Source: Escherichia phage 235Ecol030PP. Taken from it: a DNA stretch of 64,000 bases. Of this stretch, positions 54,018 to 63,061 are shown in pieces. How positions within the stretch are numbered: position 1 is the stretch's first letter; every line of letters begins with the position of its first letter. The DNA lies in sequence record PP355091.1; one strand, given 5' to 3'. The notes below the pieces were generated by a model. That model saw nothing but the letters and a program-made list of their open reading frames with translations, had not been told where the DNA came from and ran no database searches. The position numbers and the translations under genes were made by a program.

Positions 54018-54815
54018 ATGGCAGTAGTTGGAGTTCCTGGCTGGATTGGAAGTTCAGCCGTAAATGAAACAGGACAGCGCTGGATGAGTCAAGCGGCTGG
54101 TCAATTAAGATTGGGTGTTCCTTGCTGGATGAGTCAATTTGCAGGTCGTTCACGAGAAATTATTCATACTGTAGGAGCAAACCACAATTTTAATGGTCAG
54201 TGGTTCCGAGATAGATGTTTTGAGGCAGGTAGTACACCTATTGTATTCAATATTGTTGGTGATATTGTTTCTTATTCTAAAGATGTTCCTTTATTCTTCA
54301 TGTACGGGGATACACCAAATGAATATGTTCAGTTAAATATTATTGGCGCTCATATGTGGGGTAGAGGTGGACAAGGTGGATGGACTCATTCCGGTGGAGA
54401 TGGTAATGGACAACAAGGCGGGCATTGTATTCAAAACGACATTGGTGGACGATTAAGAATTAACAATGGTGGAGTAATCTGTGGTGGCGGAGGCGGTGGT
54501 GGCGGCATTGCTTACCGTGTTCACTCAGGGGCAAACTGGCAAGATATTGGTGGTGGCGGCGGAAGACCATTTGGCCCAGGTGGTGGCGGTGGTTACTCAG
54601 GTGGCGCAGCTTCATACGTCGCCCCAGGAGGTGGTTACCAATACGGAAATGCTCACTCTGGCCAGGGCGGCGATGCCGGAGGAAATGGACAAAATGCCTG
54701 GTCTGATGGTGGTAAAGTTCTAAAGGTTGGTGCAGGAGGAGCAGCAGGTTATGCTGTCATAGGATCTGCTCCAACTTGGCAAAATGTTGGAGTAATATAT
54801 GGTCCAAGAGTATAA
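54018..54815 (+). CDS. 38: Receptor-recognising adhesin gp38 (T2 type, glycine-rich)
   Basis: 265 aa; conserved N-terminus, then poly-Gly tracts (GGGGGGGG, GGGGG, GGGGG) separated by variable segments. Confidence 0.8.
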   Translation: MAVVGVPGWIGSSAVNETGQRWMSQAAGQLRLGVPCWMSQFAGRSREIIHTVGANHNFNGQWFRDRCFEAGSTPIVFNIVGDIVSYSKDVPLFFMYGDTPNEYVQLNIIGAHMWGRGGQGGWTHSGGDGNGQQGGHCIQNDIGGRLRINNGGVICGGGGGGGGIAYRVHSGANWQDIGGGGGRPFGPGGGGGYSGGAASYVAPGGGYQYGNAHSGQGGDAGGNGQNAWSDGGKVLKVGAGGAAGYAVIGSAPTWQNVGVIYGPRV

Positions 54816-54846
54816 TTTTGAATAAATACCCCTAAAAGGAGGGTCT

Positions 54847-55503
54847 ATGGCAGCACCTAGAATATCATTTTCGCCCTCTGATATTCTATTTGGTGTTCTA
54901 GATCGCTTGTTCAAAGATAACGCTACCGGGAAAGTTCTTGCTTCCCGGGTAGCTGTCGTAATTCTTTTGTTTATGATGGCGATTGTTTGGTATAGGGGAG
55001 ATAGTTTCTTTGAGTACTATAAGCAATCAAAGTATGAAACATACAGTGAAATTATTGAAAAGGAAAGAAATGCACGCTTTGAATCTGTCGCCCTGGAACA
55101 ACTCCAGATAGTTCACATATCATCTGAGGCAGACTTTAGTGCGGTGTATTCTTTCCGCCCTAAAAACTTAAACTATTTTGTTGATATTATAGCATATGAA
55201 GGAAAATTACCTTCAACAATAAGTGAAAAATCACTTGGAGGATATCCTGTTGATAAAACTATGGATGAATATACAGTTCATTTAAATGGACGTCATTATT
55301 ATTCCGACTCAAAATTTGCTTTTTTACCAACTAAAAAGCCTACTCCCGAAATAAACTACATGTACAGTTGTCCATATTTTAATTTGGATAATATCTATGC
55401 TGGAACGATAACCATGTACTGGTATAGAAATGATCATATAAGTAATGACCGCCTTGAATCAATATGTGCTCAGGCGGCCAGAATATTAGGAAGGGCTAAA
55501 TAA
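54847..55503 (+). CDS. t: Holin T
   Basis: 218 aa; single N-terminal TM (VAVVILLFMMAIVWY) and large periplasmic domain. Confidence 0.85.
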   Translation: MAAPRISFSPSDILFGVLDRLFKDNATGKVLASRVAVVILLFMMAIVWYRGDSFFEYYKQSKYETYSEIIEKERNARFESVALEQLQIVHISSEADFSAVYSFRPKNLNYFVDIIAYEGKLPSTISEKSLGGYPVDKTMDEYTVHLNGRHYYSDSKFAFLPTKKPTPEINYMYSCPYFNLDNIYAGTITMYWYRNDHISNDRLESICAQAARILGRAK

Positions 55504-55776
55504 TTATTTGTTCGTATACATCTCTAGATATCGATATACACCCTCAAAACCCTCGTTGAATTCGTCGATGAGGGTTTTCTTATCTTCTTGAGTTAATTCA
55601 GAAACAATTTTACGGAATGAATTCTGATTTAATTTTCTACCTTCATGCGTTACTCCAATCTCATTCAGAAATGCAATAAAATTAGAACGATTTTCAACAA
55701 TATCTTCTCTGGAAAATTTAATCAAAATAGACGCAACAGTAATAATTTCACGAACTGTATCAATGTTTTTATTCAT
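55504..55776 (-). CDS. asiA: Anti-sigma70 factor AsiA
   Basis: 90 aa, MNKNIDTVREIITVASILIKF... Confidence 0.85.
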   Translation of the reverse strand: MNKNIDTVREIITVASILIKFSREDIVENRSNFIAFLNEIGVTHEGRKLNQNSFRKIVSELTQEDKKTLIDEFNEGFEGVYRYLEMYTNK

Positions 55777-55788
55777 TAACTATACCAC

Positions 55789-55941
55789 TCAATTAGTTGA
55801 CTTTGTTATAATATCATCAGACGCTTGATTTGTAAACTGGTCTGTGTTATTTTCTTCAAAAATTTTTTCTACGAATTCCTTGAACGACTTACGTTCCTGA
55901 GCTACATTATGCTCGATTACCTTTTCAAGATTATGACTCAT
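55789..55941 (-). CDS. Hypothetical 50 aa protein coupled to arn
   Basis: ATG overlaps the arn stop (ATGA); not in ORF track (under 60 aa). Confidence 0.35.
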   Translation of the reverse strand: MSHNLEKVIEHNVAQERKSFKEFVEKIFEENNTDQFTNQASDDIITKSTN

Positions 55942-56216
55942 TCGAAATAATCTTCAATTTCATAATCATGGACATAAATCATTATAGTTTTTAATACATC
56001 ATCAATACTTTTTCCTGGAGCTGGAATTACGTAAAAATACCCTGCTTTTGAGAGGTCTTTATAAGTTCCAATCAAGAAATCATTATTCTCAAGATGTAGT
56101 TCTTCAACTAATTCATTAACAATTGAGTGGTATAAATTTGGTAGAAACTTATATAGCTTTTCTAGAATATCAATTTTGATTGTGTATTGAACCACAGACT
56201 GAGAATCAATAATCAT
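55938..56216 (-). CDS. arn: Arn, anti-restriction (McrBC inhibitor) protein
   Basis: 92 aa, acidic; MIIDSQSVVQYTIKIDILEKLYKF... Confidence 0.75.
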   Translation of the reverse strand: MIIDSQSVVQYTIKIDILEKLYKFLPNLYHSIVNELVEELHLENNDFLIGTYKDLSKAGYFYVIPAPGKSIDDVLKTIMIYVHDYEIEDYFE

Positions 56217-56299
56217 AGACCTTCCCCTTATGTTTCTGTTTGCGATTAGATTCTTTAAACGCTTTCTTCTTATCCTTATGAACAGAAGCTTTATTGAAA

Positions 56300-56518
56300 T
56301 TATGTTTTGCGACTAAATTGTTCATAGTGCTGAATTACCTCTCTCAAACATTTGCATGTGAATGAAAACTTTTTAGCTACACCACACTCAAATATATGTT
56401 CTCTTAAATCACGTGTGTCAGTATATCCCATCTCAACGATAAAGTGCCGTATTAGATTTTTATCTTTATCGTTGAGAGAATTAAAATAATCTGATTTTGA
56501 ATTAATTTCCCTGGCCAA
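56300..56518 (-). CDS. Hypothetical protein
   Basis: 72 aa. Confidence 0.4.
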   Translation of the reverse strand: MAREINSKSDYFNSLNDKDKNLIRHFIVEMGYTDTRDLREHIFECGVAKKFSFTCKCLREVIQHYEQFSRKT

Positions 56519-56798
56519 ATTGAATCACCTTCAGTTGACGTTTTAATTCTTTTATCATTTCTTCGTTCATCGCAATATAAAGATCGCGTAAAGCAGGTTT
56601 TAGCATTCCATTTACTGGAGAACTAAATGGGCATACATAATCTTTTCCTACAAGCTTTTTGGTAAATTCCATATCACAAAATTTAAATGCCGGCTCATTC
56701 GCATAAATTCCCCAATTAGTTGACATCATTTTATTGGCATATTCCAGTGCCTGAATTTGATTCATAATTCCATCAATTTGAAACTTTTTAATATTCAT
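56502..56798 (-). CDS. Hypothetical protein
   Basis: 98 aa. Confidence 0.45.
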   Translation of the reverse strand: MNIKKFQIDGIMNQIQALEYANKMMSTNWGIYANEPAFKFCDMEFTKKLVGKDYVCPFSSPVNGMLKPALRDLYIAMNEEMIKELKRQLKVIQFGQGN

Positions 56799-57259
56799 TA
56801 GTAAAGGTCCTCAGAGTAAAGTTCTTTTTCACTACCACCACGTTCAATACGTACTTGTCCAGCGTAAGTTGCAATAATCATTGCTTCTTCACGTGTCCAA
56901 TAATTACTGTATTGGTCAATAAACCCTTGGTCATCATCACAAACTTGTTGAGTAACTAATTGAGGTTTAACTACATCTAAAACTTCTGCCATATCTTTAG
57001 AATAATGACGAGCACCTGGAATAACGAGAGTTCGTCCATCTTTTAATTTAAAACGGTTGGCTGCACAGACAATTCGTCGTTGATACTTTTGGTTTTCATC
57101 CCAATACGCAGTCTGCCAACATATTTCAGGAACTTCATCTAAAACATTTTGTTCTGTATATTCACCACTGTAAGAAGCTAATTTAGCAGCCAGACTTTCC
57201 GGAGTCTCACGTAACAAAGCTTTATCTAACAGAGCTAAACGTTCTTTAAAAGTTTTCAT
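56798..57259 (-). CDS. Hypothetical protein
   Basis: 153 aa. Confidence 0.45.
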   Translation of the reverse strand: MKTFKERLALLDKALLRETPESLAAKLASYSGEYTEQNVLDEVPEICWQTAYWDENQKYQRRIVCAANRFKLKDGRTLVIPGARHYSKDMAEVLDVVKPQLVTQQVCDDDQGFIDQYSNYWTREEAMIIATYAGQVRIERGGSEKELYSEDLY

Positions 57260-57585
57260 TTAAACCATCCTTTAATACGTTGCCACAAAGTTTTCTGTTG
57301 AGCTTTGTTAACACCAATTGAGCGAATAACCGGTTGAGATTCCTGGAATTCTTTATAATCAGCAAGATAAATTTCGTAAGCTGCATCTGTAAAGGAACTT
57401 ATCGCTGCCATAAAATTATTACGAATACCTACTGGAGCATCTTTACTTTCACGAATAATCATGTATTTACCAGTCTTAATCTTTACGATAGTTCCAAGAT
57501 AAGCTCCATGATACCAGATGTCCCAACCCTCTTGAGTAGGTTCTGCACAACGACGAAGTTCATTGACAATTTCTAACTTGTTCAT
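57256..57585 (-). CDS. Hypothetical protein (position of T4 motA.1)
   Basis: 109 aa. Confidence 0.45.
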   Translation of the reverse strand: MNKLEIVNELRRCAEPTQEGWDIWYHGAYLGTIVKIKTGKYMIIRESKDAPVGIRNNFMAAISSFTDAAYEIYLADYKEFQESQPVIRSIGVNKAQQKTLWQRIKGWFK

Positions 57586-57595
57586 TATTTATTCC

Positions 57596-58231
57596 TCACA
57601 GTTCAGATGCTACAGTGATTACAGCTTCAATGTTTTCTACCGAGCGTTTAATGTCAAGATACACATTACCGTTTTTAGCGATTTTACATGACATTCCGAT
57701 GTCAGTAAATTTCTGAATATGATGTTCCATCATTTTGTATCCAAAAATTCGCATGTTTCCATTATTGTTAATTTCAAAATTGCGAATTCCGTGAGTGCGT
57801 TTTTCTAAAATAGCAAGATAGTTACTGCGGTAAGTTTCAACCTTTTTAAGAACAAATCCATTTTCATCTAGCAGTTTTAACATGAGGTCTTTATCTTCTT
57901 CCATATCAGAAGTAATCTCACGAGCTTTACGAGTTGCTCGTTTTTTCAGAAGTTCTGGAGCATTTTCCTGTGCATATAAAGTTGCTGCGTTTGAAATAAT
58001 ATCTTGCGCTTCGCCTGTGATGATTAATCCATCACCTGATTTCTCTACCAGGCCTTTTTTAATCAATACCCCAATATTACTATTAACTACTGCGTTACCT
58101 AAATCTGGATGCACCTCACGAACTTCTGCAGCTGTAATGAAATCTTTCTTAGCAATAGTAATTAAAATCGCAGCAGTTTTTTCATTCAAAACATCGTTAG
58201 AAGCTTTGATGATGTAAGTTACTTTAGACAT
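57596..58231 (-). CDS. motA: Middle transcription activator MotA
   Basis: 211 aa, T4 length; MSKVTYIIKASNDVLNEKTAAIL... Confidence 0.85.
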   Translation of the reverse strand: MSKVTYIIKASNDVLNEKTAAILITIAKKDFITAAEVREVHPDLGNAVVNSNIGVLIKKGLVEKSGDGLIITGEAQDIISNAATLYAQENAPELLKKRATRKAREITSDMEEDKDLMLKLLDENGFVLKKVETYRSNYLAILEKRTHGIRNFEINNNGNMRIFGYKMMEHHIQKFTDIGMSCKIAKNGNVYLDIKRSVENIEAVITVASEL

Positions 58232-58274
58232 TTTCTCTAATCTCCGTAATTCTGTATCAGTAGTTGATAGTTGT

Positions 58275-58304
58275 ATAGTACCACAGTATGCTTTGGTTGT
58301 AAAC
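58275..58304 (-). promoter_or_regulatory. Early promoter for motA
   Basis: - strand TTCACAAAACGGTTTACA, 17 nt, TACTAT, ACAACTATCAACTAC, then GGAG and ATG. Confidence 0.55.
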
Positions 58305-58329
58305 CGTTTTGTGAAAAAATTTTTGAAAT

Positions 58330-58357
58330 AAAAAAGGGGAGAGCCTCGGCTCTCCCC
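58330..58357 (-). terminator. Intrinsic terminator upstream of the motA promoter
   Basis: - strand ggggagagcc-ga-ggctctcccc then tttttt. Confidence 0.7.
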
Positions 58358-58362
58358 AAAAA

Positions 58363-58512
58363 TTACTGCATGACTGTGATAACTGTCATGATAACACGTT
58401 GAATGCCGAACGCAAGAAGACCTCCTGCTACGGCTGGAACAACACCTACCCCCGCTAGTAAAATGCCGCCAGATACTAATGCTGCGCTTGTAATACCTAT
58501 AAATGGACTCAT
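58363..58512 (-). CDS. Hypothetical 49 aa hydrophobic membrane peptide
   Basis: MSPFIGITSAALVSGGILLAGVGVVPAVAGG...; ATG overlaps gp52 stop (ATGA). Confidence 0.35.
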   Translation of the reverse strand: MSPFIGITSAALVSGGILLAGVGVVPAVAGGLLAFGIQRVIMTVITVMQ

Positions 58513-59837
58513 TTGATTTCCTCTAAATCTTTGGTGTATTCTGTAACTACATCAGTAGTTTTCCAGTATTCGTTTTCTTCTTTTTTAGCTTTAGCTTCTT
58601 CAGCAAGTTTCTTTGCTTCATCAGAAGTCATATGAAAAATATTCATTCCAACCAGTTTATCAACATAAGAAGAATACATATCAATTTTAGAAAGTTCTTC
58701 AGTCAGTTCTTTACGAGTTTTACCCTGTACAACAATTTCACCTGAAATTACTTTCTTAATGAAATGTGCCTTGGCAAAGGCTAAACGAAATGCTGATTCA
58801 GTTTCTTTAATTTTGTTATCAATTCGTTTTTGGACATAAGTTTTACGAACTTCAACGAAGTCTTTGATTAAATCAACTACGTTATCGTAAACTTGCAGCT
58901 TTCCTTTCTCATTAATGACTGTAATATTCTGAGAACGACGCTCAATCAGTCCGAAGTCTTTCATAATTTTTGCATGGCGTTCTTCTTCATTATCGCTCAA
59001 AGAGTATTCTTTTCGGAATTTAACTTTGAATCCAAAACCATGCTCACCACAAGCATCATCCCATGTAATGAAGCCTTTATCTTCAAGTGGGTCTAAGATT
59101 TTACTCACATAAGTTTCACGGTCATACTTATACGGAATCTCAGTGATATGCATTTGAGTTCGTGAAGTAAACTTATATGTTCCACGAATTTCATACTGCC
59201 CATCAATTTCAACGACTTCACCACGAAATTCTGGGAATTCTACCTTCGGTTTAGTTACTTTCTTTCCTTGAAGAGCTTGCAGTACAGCTTTCTTAACAGA
59301 AGAAACACTATGAGGAAGAATGTAAGTTGCATAACCAGTTGCAATACCGGAAACGCCATTAAGAAGAACAGTAGGAATAATAGGCAAATAGAAAGCAGGC
59401 GGAATGTGTTCTTTATCTTGATGTACTGGAGCATATTCAGTATCTTTATATACGTTATAGAAATTTTTACTTACACGAGCAAAAATATAACGACTTGCTG
59501 CTGCTTTTTGAACGGTACGAGAACCAAAGTTTCCTTGACCATCTAACAGAGGAAAGTTATTATTCCAAGTGTTAGCCATCAAAGCACCTGCGTCTTGCGC
59601 AGAGTTTTCACCATGATGATATCCAAGGTCCGCTACACCGCCTGCGATAGAAGCGAGTTTGTGAAACTTATCTTTATTTCCTCGTGCCAAATCAAGAGCT
59701 CGAGCAATAACAAATCGTTGAACTGGCTTAAATCCATCAATCATATTTGGAATGGCACGATTTTCAACCGTGTACATAGCATAAGCCAATGCTTCATTAT
59801 CAATGATACTTTTTAAATCACGATTATTCAGTTGCAT
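58509..59837 (-). CDS. 52: DNA topoisomerase II medium subunit gp52
   Basis: 442 aa, T4 length. Confidence 0.9.
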   Translation of the reverse strand: MQLNNRDLKSIIDNEALAYAMYTVENRAIPNMIDGFKPVQRFVIARALDLARGNKDKFHKLASIAGGVADLGYHHGENSAQDAGALMANTWNNNFPLLDGQGNFGSRTVQKAAASRYIFARVSKNFYNVYKDTEYAPVHQDKEHIPPAFYLPIIPTVLLNGVSGIATGYATYILPHSVSSVKKAVLQALQGKKVTKPKVEFPEFRGEVVEIDGQYEIRGTYKFTSRTQMHITEIPYKYDRETYVSKILDPLEDKGFITWDDACGEHGFGFKVKFRKEYSLSDNEEERHAKIMKDFGLIERRSQNITVINEKGKLQVYDNVVDLIKDFVEVRKTYVQKRIDNKIKETESAFRLAFAKAHFIKKVISGEIVVQGKTRKELTEELSKIDMYSSYVDKLVGMNIFHMTSDEAKKLAEEAKAKKEENEYWKTTDVVTEYTKDLEEIK

Positions 59838-59841
59838 AAAT

Positions 59842-59982
59842 TTACCATACTAGTGAATGTAGTGCCATAATAACATCAGAAATGAAAAGCACGACTTGAA
59901 TTAATCCGAACATTATTCCGTAATATAATGCTATCAATAAAATAGCAAGGGCTAATGAATAGCCCAAGATTTTCTTAATCAT
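59842..59982 (-). CDS. Hypothetical 46 aa membrane peptide
   Basis: MIKKILGYSLALAILLIALYYG...; hand-translated. Confidence 0.3.
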   Translation of the reverse strand: MIKKILGYSLALAILLIALYYGIMFGLIQVVLFISDVIMALHSLVW

Positions 59983-60133
59983 TAGTAGATAACAACACAA
60001 ATGTTAAATATGCACACATACCCTGAGCTAAAGCTTGCGAAAACACACTGCTGGCATCAATACAGATAGTTAAAACACATGCTACTATCCAACAAATAAA
60101 TGAAATAACTCCTAATAATTTTGCGATATTCAT
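59975..60133 (-). CDS. ac: Small membrane protein, possible ac (acridine sensitivity) homologue
   Basis: 52 aa, MNIAKLLGVISFICWIVACVL...; GAGG Shine-Dalgarno; position between 52 and stp. Confidence 0.4.
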   Translation of the reverse strand: MNIAKLLGVISFICWIVACVLTICIDASSVFSQALAQGMCAYLTFVLLSTND

Positions 60134-60140
60134 ATTTTCC

Positions 60141-60221
60141 TCACTGGCGTCCGAAGACGCCTTTAGTTTTAAGATTATTACGATAGAACTGCATCACGTG
60201 TTCGTTGTGGAAATTACTCAT
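60141..60221 (-). CDS. stp: Stp peptide (activator of host PrrC anticodon nuclease)
   Basis: 26 aa, [26 protein letters not shown]; hand-translated, matches T4 Stp as I remember it. Confidence 0.7.
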
Positions 60222-60679
60222 TAATATGCCTGCAAAACGAATTTAAAATTATCAGCCAACATACGGTTCATTTCTTCAAGCGTTTGATACTCAGAATGAT
60301 GGTTACGAGTAAACGCCAAAGCTAACTGACCTTTTCCAAATCCTGTCGTCAGAGGTTTCATCTTAGAAGCAGGAAGATAAAATACTGCGTATGGAACATT
60401 GTTATTTGCAATAGTACGTGCAAGCTGAGACCGACGTTGACGAATATGACTTAAAACCGCACTGAATCCTTGCTTAGAACGCTGATTACCTACATAAAAT
60501 CGTGCAGACACACATGGATTACTAAATGGACGACCATCTAATTTACTCACTAAAAAGTAAAATCCAGGTTTAGATAAAATATCTTTATGCGGAGTTCCTA
60601 AAAACCATTCACCACCCTTGATTGTACCAATAACAGTTGCGCCTGCATTGTTCAGATCAGTAACAGTCATATATTTCAT
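60221..60679 (-). CDS. ndd: Ndd nucleoid disruption protein
   Basis: 152 aa from ATG 60679 with GAGGA Shine-Dalgarno (T4 Ndd about 151 aa). Confidence 0.7.
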
Positions 60680-60739
60680 ATTAATTTCCTCTAAATTATT
60701 TTCTACTCCAAGGCCGCATGAATACACACGGCCATTAAA

Positions 60740-60955
60740 TTAATCGTCGCAGTCGACGCTCAATTCCCAAAACTCTTCTACGGTATAAGTTTCAGTATCA
60801 TTTTCAATACAGAAACGTTCATTACTATTATTTGCTAAAGTAGCGTTAACTGTCGGTTTCTCGCTAGTGCTCTTAAGAGGTGAAATACGAATTAACTGAT
60901 CACCATTATCTAAACAAAAAATTTCACCAACTTTTACATCTTTAAAGATTTTCAT
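60740..60955 (-). CDS. Hypothetical protein
   Basis: 71 aa. Confidence 0.4.
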   Translation of the reverse strand: MKIFKDVKVGEIFCLDNGDQLIRISPLKSTSEKPTVNATLANNSNERFCIENDTETYTVEEFWELSVDCDD

Positions 60956-61070
60956 AATTCACCTCAAGGAGTATAAAATCCAAACGCAGTTGTTGACCAT
61001 CCCATCCAATACGGGAAATTTGCACCGATGTAAAACATAAGAATATAAAACCAACCGCTCAGCAAATTCA

Positions 61071-61289
61071 TCATTTTACACCATTCCAAATTGTTTCAAC
61101 CACGGATTTTAAACCATTTTGATGAATATCCATTCCGACTACTGCCATCAAATAGATTCCAACTACAACTGAACCTAAGGCAAAAATCAACATGAAAATG
61201 AATAAAGCCGGAAAAATATTATCGAAAAACCATTCAATAAATGTAAAAGCACTGCGTTTACGCTTCATATTTTCCTCACATAAATCCAA
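61071..61289 (-). CDS. Hypothetical membrane protein
   Basis: 72 aa, two hydrophobic helices. Confidence 0.4.
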   Translation of the reverse strand: MDLCEENMKRKRSAFTFIEWFFDNIFPALFIFMLIFALGSVVVGIYLMAVVGMDIHQNGLKSVVETIWNGVK

Positions 61290-61389
61290 AGTAAGCGTTT
61301 AATACATCAATCATTAAAACGATTGGGAATATACTCAAAACTATTAGTATTATAACTACATTCCATATAGCTTTAACAATCTTTTTCAT
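61276..61389 (-). CDS. Hypothetical 37 aa membrane peptide
   Basis: MKKIVKAIWNVVIILIVLSIFPIVLMI...; GGAGG Shine-Dalgarno just downstream of a promoter. Confidence 0.35.
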   Translation of the reverse strand: MKKIVKAIWNVVIILIVLSIFPIVLMIDVLNAYFGFM

Positions 61390-61417
61390 TTTCTGTTCCT
61401 CCGTAGTTGATAGGGTA

Positions 61418-61447
61418 ATAGTACCACGGAAGAACAGTCTTGTAAAC
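61418..61447 (-). promoter_or_regulatory. Early promoter candidate
   Basis: - strand GTTTACA, 17 nt, TACTAT, TACCCTATCAACTAC. Confidence 0.5.
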
Positions 61448-61632
61448 AACTTTTTTAAAAATATTCGTAATAAATGTGAATACCAATCACTACTGCCGAA
61501 ACTTGTGCAACCCACCACGCACAAGCAATAAGTACAGAATTAAAAATTTTCATAATAACCTCATCACAAAAGTAAATGTTAAACAAATTACTGGAATACT
61601 AATTAACCAAACAAAACACCACCATAGTGAAC

Positions 61633-61896
61633 TCATAGTTCAATCTCAGCGATTTTCATTTCATTACTATTAATAGCCGCTTTAAGACTATCTGAAAGAA
61701 TTACATTCCAGTGGTCATTCATATGACCATTAACTAAGCGTGTAATTTCTTCAGGAGTTGAAAAATAAGGCTGATCGGACTCCCAATGCGATAATCCTAA
61801 GCGAGTATAAATCATGCCTTCATCATCGCTAGAATATTCAACTGACACAAACTCATCAGTTATTTTATGCTTAGCATAATAAAATTTAAATTTCAT
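61633..61896 (-). CDS. Hypothetical protein
   Basis: About 87 aa from ATG 61896 (MKFKFYY...); the ORF-track start reads through the promoter. Confidence 0.4.
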   Translation of the reverse strand: MKFKFYYAKHKITDEFVSVEYSSDDEGMIYTRLGLSHWESDQPYFSTPEEITRLVNGHMNDHWNVILSDSLKAAINSNEMKIAEIEL

Positions 61897-61930
61897 TTTA
61901 CTCTCCAAATCCGTATTAGTTGATAGTTGT

Positions 61931-61960
61931 ATAGTACCACGGTCCTTGTGGTATGTAAAC
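61931..61960 (-). promoter_or_regulatory. Early promoter candidate
   Basis: - strand TTCACAAAACGGTTTACA, 17 nt, TACTAT, ACAACTATCAACTA. Confidence 0.5.
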
Positions 61961-61976
61961 CGTTTTGTGAAAATTT

Positions 61977-62534
61977 TTAAATGGAAAGATACCATCCGTT
62001 GTAGTTGCTTTTTCTTACAACCTTACGAAGGTCTTCTCTATCACCGATGAACTTCGGAGTGTACTGGATGACACCTGGATGAATTTCTTTAGTGTTGAAT
62101 ATAATTATACAGTCAGCGACCTGATGATTTAGAATGGGCCCTAGATTTATTCCAGAACCATATGGATACTCTCCGCTGCATCCTGTTGTTACAGAAATCC
62201 AACGTGAGCCAGTTTGATGTGTCTTAACTTCTACACGAAGCCCACAGTATTTTGGATGTGCTAAAACATCCCACGCGTATGTATATGGATCATCGACATC
62301 TTCTTGACCTTTATTAACATACCCGCTTAGCCAATCTGCTACAAAAAACTCTGCGTACACAGCGATACGACATCTTTCAATAACTTCTGCTTTATCCTGG
62401 TTCGGGTTTTGTTTTAAAGAGTATCTTGCAGTATCAGCAATTTTGACCTTCATTTCACTAGTCAAGTCACTGTTCGATAGGGTAAATGTCGGAATCTGAA
62501 ATAGTCTCTGTAAACCCGGATTCGTTTTCTGCAT
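61977..62534 (-). CDS. denB: Endonuclease IV (dC-specific ssDNA endonuclease)
   Basis: 185 aa, T4 length; position next to rIIB. Confidence 0.8.
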   Translation of the reverse strand: MQKTNPGLQRLFQIPTFTLSNSDLTSEMKVKIADTARYSLKQNPNQDKAEVIERCRIAVYAEFFVADWLSGYVNKGQEDVDDPYTYAWDVLAHPKYCGLRVEVKTHQTGSRWISVTTGCSGEYPYGSGINLGPILNHQVADCIIIFNTKEIHPGVIQYTPKFIGDREDLRKVVRKSNYNGWYLSI

Positions 62535-62796
62535 TTAGACTTTCCTTTTTACCGCTGAGATAAGCGTTATATACTTTAAGAGTGCCGTAATAAATTCGGT
62601 CATTTTCATCTAAAGACTCACGGTCAAGTTCATCGAGTTCCTTTTTATCCATGACTATAATATCATTGCAGTAAAGAAACCCAAGTTTTTCGTGACCAAA
62701 CTCAAATTTATTGCAGTACACAATATTAGCGTGATGATTTCCGTGCAGTTTAATCTCTTTTATGTCGGAATCACCGATATTCATACAATAAATCAT
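62467..62796 (-). CDS. Hypothetical protein (position of T4 denB.1)
   Basis: 109 aa; overlaps the denB 5' end. Confidence 0.4.
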   Translation of the reverse strand: MIYCMNIGDSDIKEIKLHGNHHANIVYCNKFEFGHEKLGFLYCNDIIVMDKKELDELDRESLDENDRIYYGTLKVYNAYLSGKKESLNAENESGFTETISDSDIYPIEQ

Positions 62797-62807
62797 AATT
62801 TTTCCTT

Positions 62808-62828
62808 AAAACAAAAGGGCCGAAGCCC
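62808..62828 (-). terminator. UUCG hairpin plus U-run
   Basis: - strand gggc-ttcg-gccc then ttttgtttt. Confidence 0.55.
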
Positions 62829-62834
62829 TTTATT

Positions 62835-63029
62835 TTATTTGAATTGCGCAATTCTTTTTTCTAAACAATCTGCATAAGATTTCATTGAGATGAACTGTGA
62901 AAGCAGTAATTCTTGCTCAACTTCATTAATCGTTAGAAACTTTGCGCTTTCTAAAAATTTGCTCAGTGCATTAATTTTGAGCATTAATTGATCGTATTCT
63001 TCTTTTACTCGTGCTTGATAACCTAACAT
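62835..63029 (-). CDS. Hypothetical protein
   Basis: 64 aa. Confidence 0.45.
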   Translation of the reverse strand: MLGYQARVKEEYDQLMLKINALSKFLESAKFLTINEVEQELLLSQFISMKSYADCLEKRIAQFK

Positions 63030-63049
63030 AATTTTCCTTAATGTGATAA

Positions 63050-63061
63050 GGGCCGAAGCCC
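63050..63061 (-). other. Intercistronic UUCG stem-loop after rIIB
   Basis: - strand gggc-ttcg-gccc, no U-run. Confidence 0.4.

Noticed and set aside
54400-54723. G-rich repetitive DNA and an alternative-frame 80 aa ORF (54481..54723) that could look like a repeat array
   Set aside because: The repeats are glycine codons (GGN) of the gp38 adhesin poly-Gly motifs; units are short and irregular with no spacer/repeat periodicity, so not a CRISPR array.
54811-54829. TATAAT followed by AATAAATA upstream of holin t as a late promoter
   Set aside because: Not an exact TATAAATA; could be a weak variant but the evidence is insufficient, so not listed as a feature.
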